This document shows, in pieces, positions 11,279-23,200 of a DNA stretch of 64,000 nt. The stretch is taken from the NCBI RefSeq assembly GCF_026571515.1, contig NW_026866764.1, positions 248,001-312,000 of the forward strand. Direction: 5' to 3'. This DNA is from Ruditapes philippinarum (Eukaryota). The translations under genes and the position numbers were made by a program. The notes under the pieces were generated by a model that was not told where the DNA came from, ran no database searches, and saw nothing but the letters and a program-made list of their open reading frames with translations. How positions within the stretch are numbered: position 1 is the stretch's first letter; each line of letters opens with the position of its first letter.

Positions 11279-12234
11279 ATAGAGAATAACATGCTACTGT
11301 CTTTTGATATCAATTTTATCAGGCGAGGCTGATATGGGCTAGAAAGGGCGAGGCTTGCCGAGCCCTTTCTGCCCATATCAGCCGAGCCTGATAAAATTGA
11401 TATCAAAAGACAGTAGCATGTTTTTCTATTTATCATGTAACACATAAAACTGTCATAACTACAAAATAATCTACTTTTAAAAAGCGAATTTCGTAGAAAT
11501 GGGCATTTCTGTTCAAAGAAATAATTCTTGAAAACAAATTCCTCCGCCCCTCAAACTTTAAATTTGTAAATGGCGGCCATACTTTCTTTCGACTCGAGAT
11601 TATTTCCTGTGATAAAAGATACAACAGAATGAAACACGATAAAAGTCTTACCTTTAAACATCGATCGAAAAAAATCCCTAAGAATCACATAGACTTTTTT
11701 ACTGCAGGTTTGTCTTGAATTGTCAATTTCAAAAGTTCACAATAATTTCAATCAAACAAAAGTCAAACGGCAATCAAACACAAGCTACACAAACATGCGT
11801 CTTATTTTTTAAAAGAAACAATTTGTTCACTTGTTAAATAATAATCCGGCGAAATAAAGTAAACTTTTACAAGTTCTCAAAGAAAATCGTCAGCCTGTTT
11901 GTTATGATTACATGTATAGTATGACGTGAACATCTATGATGTCATTTGCAATATAAACTATGACGTCACTTCATCTAGTTGATGCGCTATCTAATTTATT
12001 CGTAATTGAAATCGAAATAATAAATAAATAGATATCGCATCTTGATTCAAGACTTGTAAGGGTATTAGAATACATTGTAGAATTCACATGCTGGTAATAT
12101 GAGAATATAAGCAATTGAAAAAAGTCCGTGAAAATGGGCGGGGCTTAGTTTTGATATCAGGTTACTGACCTGATATCAAAAATAATTATCAGGCAAGTGT
12201 TATCAGGCAGTTACCATAGCAGTTGCATGATAAA
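11279..12234 (+). mobile_element. Hairpin-IR element family B (putative non-autonomous Crypton)
   Basis: 150-nt hairpin 11279-11429 with two CGAG/CGAG mismatches. IR TTTATCATGTAAC at 11429-11441 pairs with GTTGCATGATAAA at 12222-12234. An internal palindrome TTTTGATATCAGGT..ACCTGATATCAAAA lies at ~12149-12182. Confidence 0.8.
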
Positions 12235-14227
12235 AACATATATACAAGTTTGATATTATTATTAGAATTGTGTAGAATAGTTTGGTATTAATGCACCATG
12301 AAGTGTTCCTAGAAATACAAACACAATATATATGTGTATTGAGGATTTAGCAAATGTTTCCATATATTTTAATTTCAATTGTTGCTCAACGAATCCTCGA
12401 TAAAAGTTTCTATTTCCCACCTCTATTTTTAGGTGCATGTCCGCATGCTTATCTCAGTTAGCTTATCTTGTTACTTTTTCGTAAATGTGTTTCTATGATA
12501 AAGATCAGAGCTTGTAAGCTACATGTAGTTTGTTGGCTGAAGAATACAAAAATCTGGACCAAGAGGTTTCAAATGTAGGAAACAATCTCAGGTGAAAGAT
12601 AAGGTTCAACTAAAGCTTTTTACTACCAAATTTTCTATGCCTTTTTACTATCATATTTACTTTGCCAAATTCTGTTTAAAAATATTCTTAATGGTTTAAA
12701 ATATGTTTTCATATATCATTTTATCTGATATTATTTACTATGCAATATACATGTAACTGTATTATGTTTCATTACTTTAATACTTATTATTTTATTTTTC
12801 TACCTCATGTAAAATAAAATAGTTGTAAGTGACGCTGTTTAGTATTTTTCCCCTTTTTTAGCCCCACTGATGAGATTTTTTGCCCCTGTAAGATTTCATG
12901 CCCCGACGGCGAATTATATATTTATTATGGCATTGCCACAAGTATATAAGTTGCCGGGCGGCTGAACTGTACTCTCTTTATGGCTTTACTGCCGACATCC
13001 CGAACAAAAACCACACCAATTGGAACATCCGGCTATTATTCTTATCCAGAGTTTGACGGAAATGACCAAAAAGAAGCGATTGACCCTTTTTATATTTACA
13101 TAATCTCTTAAATTAAATATAAACAGATGGGAAAAAAAACTTCTGAAATACTGCTAGTTGTAAATTACACGGTTCTAATCATGTTGAGCAAAAATAATCT
13201 TTCGTTATCTGATGCTGATAAAGAAAAAAACTTGTTTAGAAAAGAGCATAATGGGTCTTTAAATCTTGTGAAATTATAAATATTGACAGGGAATGTGTTA
13301 TAATATACATGTATACGTTACTGATATTAAGTACAGACTATAATATTTAAAGATATACTATGCTCATATTTGAGTAATGTACTTTAAACAAAGAAATTTG
13401 CTAAAACCTATGAAATCCTTACTGAATATGTCTAATTTGAATAAACAGATGAATTTACTATGTATTGGAAGCCACGTTCCCTATTATAAGGCAAGTAAAG
13501 TTGTTTTTTTTTCTTAAAAAAACTGCCAGTTTTTTAACGACACTATATATTTATATTGTGTGTAGAGTTTTAAATATAACACATCTACTTTCTGTGAAGT
13601 CAGAACATCTTTATATTTTATATTTACAAAGAGACTGTGTAGCAATCACCAATATTTCCTGATATGAAATTTGAGCATAGTATATCTTTAAATTATTTAT
13701 TTTGCGTCGTTTCTTTGTTCAATGCAATATAAAAGCTATAATATAATGTTTAACGTTTTTGGCCTTGAGCGATAATGGGTTATACTTAAAAACAACAACA
13801 ACAACAACAAAACGGGAAGTAGCACTTGAAATACATTTTGTTTGTTTGGTTTAAATTATAGCTTTATCAATATTATACATGTTCAAAACTGATAAGCTTT
13901 AAGGTCACTGAAATGTTCCTATAATATTGAGCGACAGTGTGTGCCATTTTATAACCGCACGAAAAATCGACTAGATGAAATCATTATTTGTCCGCATCCA
14001 AGCATTTCAAATAAAGTAGTAAAATATACCCGGCAGAACAGTCGGAAACTATAGGTTTTTTGTAGTCTACATTTTCTTTATTAACATGTGACTGAACATA
14101 TTGTCATAGTTTGCGTCAGCTATATAATTCAGATTAATATAAAACTGAAATCTGGGAGCCATTTTACTACTTTTTGACCATACAACGTGTAAAATATTGG
14201 ATTTAGAGATATTTATAAGCGTGCAAA

Positions 14228-17200
14228 ATGGCCGTTGAGAAAGGTGAGTTTATTTATAGATATTGATTAATAAATATATGTTGTACACAGGTGAAATACG
14301 ACTATAAGACTTGTAGGAATATTGTTGAAACGTAATAAAATGGTTATAACACTGTATCACCAAAAATGCTTGCTAATGCACATACAACATTTAGAAACAT
14401 TCGTATAAAAATAATAATCCTTAAAAGTTCTTTCTGGCGACTGCGTATGATCTGCATGTACATTAAAAGCCGTGAGCTACAAGTTGACCTTAACATTCAG
14501 TGGTAAATACAGGAAGAAAAAAAAACTTCACAATTTTACCTGTTTCGTGTAACATGTAAAATTATGTAATAGTTATAGTTCAGATTTTAAAAAAATATGG
14601 AATTTATTGCAAGCGTAGCGTAGCGGAGCGCAGCAATAAGTTCTATATTTTTTAAAATATGAACTATAACTGGCTTACCGTTTGACCCACTTTCGTGGAA
14701 TAAGTCAGGTACGAAGTGTCGGTACAGCTGTAATGTAATACGAGTCCCGCCCTATAGATTGACAGGCCAACACATGGTCTGAGTGTTTTGACCTGTCAAT
14801 CAAAGCTTTGGGTTTTTTTATGTATTTTCATCATGTAACAATTCTGCGATCAGGTTGTGTTTGACATAATATATATAGCAAGAATCATATTTTTGAACCA
14901 TTTCATGTGGTCACGGTGCTTGATATTGCTACGCAGGTTTTATATGCAGACACAAGCAACAAGAGGCAAAAGCTCAGGTAAATATTTTATAAAAAAATAT
15001 TCTCGAATTCTCGCAATATCTAACTTCATCGTTATCTGAATGAAAATACAAATTGTAACATGACTAGGCGCGCAGCTTTTGTACGCCCAACCAGTACCGA
15101 ATCTCAAAATAGATGACGGTAAATTATTCAAACATAACATGGTTAATCTGCCTTAAATGCTGTTGCAATTATTAAAAAAAACTTTGAAAATCAAATTTCA
15201 GTGATTTCTTTGATATTTGCATTTTGCAGGCCGATTTGAAAAGCTTTTGTCATCATTCTGATGACATTAAGAAGAAACAGAAATACAGTGCCCTATAATA
15301 CAACGAAAAACAACAACTGGGCAGTGCACGTCTGGAAAACCGCAACCTACAACCGGAGACTCAGCAAGAGCCTGGTTATCCTATTCCCGTTCAAATAGAG
15401 CAGTTCCGTTCATGTGCATGTGCAGCAATGGATTTTTTGGTCGCAACAATTCATCTGTGAAATTGAAAGGAAAAATGGAGAATTCTATCCTCCAACAACT
15501 TTACTAAACATTGCTGCAATGCTACAACGGTATCTTCGAAATGAAAAATCCATGCACGTGAACTTTGTTAAAACTGAAGATCCTTTTTTCTGAACTTTGC
15601 AGAATAATGGATCGACGCATGCGCGAGATGACTATACGAGGGTATAGGGGTCGAAGTCAACTGTTAAAAAAGTGGAGTTTTTTTTAACAAAATGTGGAAA
15701 AAAGTTTGTCATGGAATTATGAAACATGGATATTCTGTATGATTATTTTAAGATAATTATGTGTTAGTTTCGAACTTTGAGATTTCTCTCACTCCATGTC
15801 TATTATACTGTTTTCTAATGTTTGAATTATAACCATGACGGTATAGGGAATGTACTGTTTCAATAATTTTTATACATGTAAAAGCTTGGATTTATAAATA
15901 ACCGTATGAAATCGCTTTCTTATTTGTTTACTTTATTCGCATGCCACATATATTGTCTAATTTTAAACTCCGCCCATATCCATAACGTCATATTTGCCAG
16001 ATACCACGTCAATACCCATTAAAATATGTCTACTTATTTTTCACATACACCAGTCCCGGTATAGTGTATGCAATATATTTCAAATAAATTTGAGCATTTG
16101 ATTGGATAAGAAAGTGGGACAAACGGTAAGATACATCTACGGGATATATTGAGGTGTTTTATTAAAAATGTTTAAAAAGAATAGCTTAATATTTTTCATT
16201 TTTTGTTCTAATACTTAAACAATAACAGAAATATAGCAATAATACAGTTATACCACTTGTAATAACACTGTTATACCACTTGTAATAACACTGTTATACC
16301 ACTTGTAATAACACTGTTAAATATGAATTGCAATAATACAGTTATACCCATTGTAATAATACTGTTATACCACTTGCAATAAGTAGAGGCAAGTGTGCCT
16401 TTAGTCCATATTGGCACACTTAGTGATTTATTTGCCCGAGGGCAAATTTGAACCAAGTGTGCCAATATGGACTAATGGCACACTTCCCCCATGTAATGAC
16501 CTGTTTAATGCATGTTTCGCAGCAATTTTTCAGACTGGAATAAATTCAAATAATAACGTAATTGTTCTAATATATTTATTAATTGGATGTCCGTGTTGTC
16601 CGATTATATTATCTAAATCCATCAAGCGATTCGCTAACGATTTCAACGTCCTTTCGACGGCCATTTTTTGCGATGCGGTTGTCAATTACGTAACGTGTAT
16701 AACGCGCGGACGTTCTGCCGTTACTCTATAACAGGTGGTGACAAGAAAAGCATTGATGCAAAGCATCAAAGGGCGTCCAAGCAAGAAATGCAGCAGGTGT
16801 AGATGAACTAGTAGATATATGATGACAAGATATTCTTAAAACAGTTAAACTGTTCAATGGTTCATTGGTATATCACTTTTGAATGAAAGAACGAAAGACA
16901 TTGTTCATTATCTATAACTTTGATTGGCATGCTAGAAATTAAAGTATTACTTGTTATTTCTTTATGATCGTGGTTATTAATAGCAACGGATATACATGTA
17001 TACAATCACTTATAATCCATATGAGTAACGCATGATCAACACCACACTTGTGTAATTGTCCCTTATTATGTTATCGCTATTAGCGAAGACCCCCTCTTAA
17101 GGTATCTGTTCACACTTAGTAACAATATGACACTTGTTATATTACCATGTTGATCATGTTGAGCATAAATGTTTATTATACACTAATTGTAATACATGTA

Positions 17201-20200
17201 TCTTTTTTTAATAAAAAATACAGATTTTATGAATATTGTTTTCTTTTCTTTTTAGTGTTTGATGCACTATTTTAATACTGAGTTTTTACGTTTACTACTC
17301 TTTTTTATTAAAATTGTAAAATAAATCTTAAGAATTCAATTGTCATAATGACCGACGATTATAGGTCAAAACTTAACTGGAAAAAGTCAGTAAAATATTG
17401 TTAATCTTTCAATATATAATATTGTTTATTCTTAAACCATATACATGCACATTTGTATTTTTCTTTATCATATTTTAAATTATCAATCAATTGAATAATT
17501 CATAAAATCTGATTTGTAGCTTTGAATAATTCCTCGGCATCTTTACTAAACACGAATAACAAATTAAATAAAATGTTTCAAAGTTGATAGTGTCATATTA
17601 ATGCCATAAAAATGTACATTTTTCTGTTCTGTAACGATATCAAACATCTACTCCACAACCGGGAGATACCGGACAATAAACGTGTGGTACTATTCGCCGG
17701 TCGTCAAAATAGACCAGGAGAGACCGGGAATTACCTACAGGAGTACATCCCTCTATAAATAGATTTTCGGAATATTTAGGTCATCAACTCATCATTCTAT
17801 TTACAGCTTTCGGAATAAAATACCATAATAACCCACTGTGTACTACAAAATGATAAATAAAAATATCCCGAAAAGCGCGATTTATTGACGGAAAAGGTTA
17901 TTTAATTTGAAAATGTTTGCATTGCGAAATTCTCCAGTTCGCTATTAATTGTACATATCGCGACTAGTTAATAATCAAGCACCCTCATACCGATCGGAAT
18001 GATCGGCTTTTATTATGAACAACTATAAAAGGCTCGAGAAGTTGCTGTCGCCCTTTCACAAAATCTGATTTCATTACATAAAAGGCGCCGCGCTTCAGCG
18101 CGGACGCCAATAACCGGAAATAGCCTCAATATGGGATTTTGGCACACTTGGCAAGTGCGCCAATAGATGGCACACTTGCTCAAATACGGGATTTTCGCAT
18201 GTCATATTCAGAAAAAAGAAACGAATTTTTATTACTAATTATAGTAACATATGCAATAATGTAGTTAAATCATTTGTAATAATACAGTTATACCACTTGC
18301 AAAAATTTTACACTGTTATATCACATGTAATGATACAGTTATACTACTTGTAATATTAATACAGTTATGACACTGTTATACGACTTTCAATAACACTGTT
18401 ATATCACTTGTATTCATCTATTTATACCACTTGTAATAATATAGTGATACCACTTGTAATAATATAGTGATACCATTTGTAATAATATAGTGATACCACT
18501 TGTAATAACATTGTTATACCACTTGTAATAACATTGTTATACCACTTGTAATAACATTGTTATACCACCTGTAATAACATTGTTATACCACTTGTATTAA
18601 CATTGTTATACCACTTGTAATAACACTGTTATACAACTTGTAATAACATTGTTATACCACTTGTAATAACATTATTATACCACTTGTATTAACATTGTTA
18701 TACCACTTGTATTAACATTGTTATACCACTTGTAATAACACTGTAATATCACTTGCATTCATTTATTCATACTTTATCTATACCACTTGTAATTATACTG
18801 TTATATCACTTGCTAATAACACAGTTATACCACTTGTAATAATATAGTTATACCTATTGCAATAAAAAAGATATACCGCTTGCAATAATAAAGTTGTACC
18901 ACTTTTAATTACATAGTTATATCACTTGTAATAATATTGTTATACAATTGGTAATATTGTAGTACTGTTTATAACTTGTGAACTGCTTATAGTTATAAGA
19001 TATGCTGGGATTAGTACTGATGTACTGCTGTTTGTAATACTTATATACTGCTGGTTATGATACTGGTATGCAATATACTGCTGGTTGTTATACTGGTATA
19101 CATCTGGTAATATTGCTGGACAACTACGGGTTGTAAAGCTTGAATAATGCTATACTGCTGGTAGAAATACGGATATGCTGTAACATGTAATACAATTTAA
19201 ACTGCTGTTAGGCTTTGTTAAACCAGCCAATCAAATTAAAGGGTAAAAAGGACATAAAAACGAATGAAATTCCTCGTTTACAGGATTAGATTATTACTCA
19301 AATGAAATTTATATATTTCAATGTGTTTCTAGGAGATGCTGATTTTGTCAGTAAACTTAACGAGGAAGAAAAGAAGAAAGCAAAAGAAGAGCTTCATGAA
19401 CTGAATGACAAAGACAGAGAGGGCGCTGTACAGGCGTTAAGAAAGTGGGCACTGGAACAAGATTGGCTGAAAACTAAGACAGGTAATGAGAGTCAAAATT
19501 TATTCATACGTTTTCAAATGCGACAGTCTAAACTCTTGAATGTTTTATTTTCCCCTTTATTAAGATTTATGACATGTTTCAACGACTTTGTAGCGGTATT
19601 TATTACATGATATTTTGACACACTGTCACTGGTGTGTTCTTACAAAATAAGAGCAAGCATGGAAAAGTTCTAGATTTCGCGAGATTATATTTGATTTTAA
19701 AGCGACCTTCAGCTTTTATTTTTATTTGGGAAAACAGTTCAATGTTGTTTTTAACTAACTATTTCAATAATTTCACCATGGAGAAATGCATTAAATCACT
19801 ATTAAGTCTTCTTAAACAGCCTCCCGAAGCTATTTAATTTTAAAACCGGAAGGGTCTTTTAAATCAAAAAGTGGAAATTAATTTCCCAAGGGGTTTTTCA
19901 TGTTTTAAAAGTAAATTTCCCTTTTATAATCACTTTTTGATAATTTTCTAAAAAAACCACCGATTAAAAGCAAAGTTTTAAAAAAGAAATTAGCTCTATG
20001 CTTACAGTGCAACCCCGTAAATTACGCTTCACTTTAGGTTAAATACAACATCTGAACTTTAGTCAGATTGTAAGAGTGACATGCATATATGATAAAAGAG
20101 CATTATCATTTGTACATGTATATAAACCTAATAATGTTACAAGAATATCAAAAATCAAAAATAAGACAGCGCAATCTTTTACAGACTTCGAATTCCTTTT

Positions 20201-23200
20201 ACGATTTATTCGGGTAAGAAAGTACAGTCAACTTGGGGCCAGAGAAACTCTGGAAAACTTCTGGACGAACAGGACTAATGTTCCCGAGTGGTTCAAAAAT
20301 GTCGACCCAGCAGACGAAAATATACACAAAATTTTGCGTTTAGGGTAAACTTTAATTTTTTGAAATTTTACTCGTTTCTTAGTGAGTTATGAGTTTCACA
20401 TAAATACTTTCAAGATTTGTTTTTTATTACATGTATATGTAGAAGTATATGACTGTTTTTTGTTTGTTTGTTGTTTTTCTTTTGTGTTTTTGTTGTTGTT
20501 ATTATTGTTATTGTTGTTATGGTGGTGGTCTTTTAACTGGAACTTTAGTATTGAATAACAACCTGTATCGACTTTAGAAATAACAAAACCCCTTTATTGT
20601 GTATGGAACCGATTTAGATTTTAGAAATGAAACTTATTAATTTAACACGCATATACTAGTATGTCATTTAACATGACCCTTGATCGGAAATAAAAAAAAA
20701 TTATATTCTATTTTATTTCATTCTAATCTATTCGGTTCTTTTCTATTCTGTTCTGCTCTGCTCTATTCTACACACAAGAAATCATGACAGTTGTTTATTT
20801 CACGTGCAGGATGGTGTACATTCCAAAGGGCTACGACAAACAGGGACGTAAGGTTATATTTTCAGGCATGGGTAAGTAAATTTGTGTGAATCTTCATTAC
20901 ATTACTATGTAATAGCTAAATACTTAAACTTCCTGGCTGGTGGTCCAGTATGCTCGCTCTCTGATCATGAAATGCTTTTTCCTCAAATTTGGCTTAAAAT
21001 AGTGCAAAAATCGATTTTTAATTTAATTTTGAGCATATTTTTTCATCATCTGATTCATTTTTTGATTGCAGAAATGACATTGTGTGTTCGCTTTGGATAC
21101 CAGTGATTTAAGCGCTTCATTTGATCTACGCAAGAATTTCAAATCGTATATATTAAGGCTGTCTAACCTTAGTGCAGCATCTTTAAGCATATGTTTTTTT
21201 CTAATTTTGAAACAGTTTTTGAAGCATCTTAAGTTGATTAACCCGTAGCCTGCTGGTGGCGACTGTATACTGAAAATTACTTTTATATAGGGTCGTACAC
21301 CTGGTTATACCGAACCGCCTCATTATGTCGAACCACCTTATTACGTCGAACCACCTCATTATGTCGAAACCCCTCTCATGTCGAACCGCCTCATTTACTC
21401 AAATTCATTCACTTATTTACTTAACCAATCACTTGTTTATATTCCAGACGGTTTTGATATGACCTATATGAAATCGAAAGAAGGTCAAGATTTGATCTAC
21501 AAAACATTCTGTCTAGTCTGTGATTGGTTAACACTAGACGAAAAGGCGCAAGTTAACGGGGTAGTGTTCGTCTCCGACTACACCGGGGCCTCCCTGGATT
21601 TTATAAAGTATTGGAATGCAGAGCTGGAAAAGAAACTGTTGGCTTATTTACAGGTAAATGTTGGTTTTCCTTAGCTTTTGTTGATCGCTTAGAAATGTTT
21701 GACTGTCAACACACTGGTTGCCCTATGTAGGTTGATTCCATTTAGGGTTTGGCTACTGCCTTTTTTGGTAGAGTCTTCTGTCGCATGAATAAAATCCCCA
21801 TATTCTAATCCGCATAAATTTGTCCCATTACTAACCAATAAACAGCTAGAAAACTTGTCATTCGGCCATTGCAAGTGTCATTGTATATTGTCAAATGTTA
21901 AATAGTAGTGTTTTTCAACTCTTTCGCAAAAATCTACGCCTTCAAAAAAAATGGGGTTTCCTTTTTTATTTAATTTCAAAAGATTTTAAAGCAGATATTT
22001 TTCAACACGGCCATGTTATCTTAAAGGGGATAAAACTATATTTTTAAAAAAATTTTAATATATTTTTTTTAAAGTAATTATATTTGGGTTCCATTTTTTA
22101 TTTGGTTTATTCCCCAAAAAAAAGGTTTTGCAAGACCGTTTTTTAACACTAAAAATGTAAATAAACGAATAAAAAGTTCCCCCAACAAAAATTTTATTTT
22201 CTGTTTTTGCTAGGGTTTTGATTTTTTAAAAAATAATTAATAACATAAAACTTTTAAAAATCTTTTTAAAAAACTTTGCATTAAACCCTTTTTTCAATTT
22301 ATTTTTTTAATTGGGGGTTTGAGTCGATGACTTCTAATCCGTTTCCCCTCGGGGTGGTTCGATCCCCGGAATGCTTTGGTGTTTAGCGCGGGGGAGGGGT
22401 TAGTATGTGTAACTCCCAGGAACGGGTTAGAAATTTCCCCCCAAAACGAAACGGAAAAAAGGGTAAAAGAAAAAAAAAAAAAACAACAATTTTCAATTTT
22501 AAATCAGTGTCAAGATGAAAACTGAGGGGTTATTTTGTTTTTTTTTTGAGAGGTCTTTCCGCGGTTTAAAGGGGTTTTACTTACAAGGCGGCTCTTTGAT
22601 GCAAACCCTCATTACACCCTTATGAGTCAAAATTTAAAGACAGGGAAAGCGAAGAGTAAATTTCTGTTAAAAAATTTAACCCAAAAAAAAGGTTCAATTA
22701 ATTGTCCCGCTTAGCTCAATAGGAAAGCATCGGATTTTTAAGGGCTCTCTGGTTCGATCTCTGGTGATAGTTGATCTCGGAGTCCTACTGTCATTTATGT
22801 CATACCGCTTATTCAGAAATCATGTGGTATAAGTAGTTGGTCACTTGCGGAGAAATCAGTAATTACTTGTTAGTTATCCACGAAAGCCGGTTATGCAGAG
22901 AAATTGGTAGCTACTGGTTAATTATTCACGAAAGCCAGTTATGCAGAGAAATTAGTAATTACTTGTAAGTTATCCACAAAAGCCGGTTATGCAGAGAATA
23001 GTAATTACAGGTTAGTTATCTACGAAAGGCTGTTATGCAGAGAAATTGGTAATTACTGGTTAGTTATCTACGAAAGCTGGTTATGCAGAGAAATTGGTAA
23101 TTATTGGTTAGTTATCAACGGAAGCCGGTTATGCAGAGAAATTGGTAATTACTGGTTAGTTATCCACGAAAGCCGGTTATGCAGAGAAATTGGTAATAAC

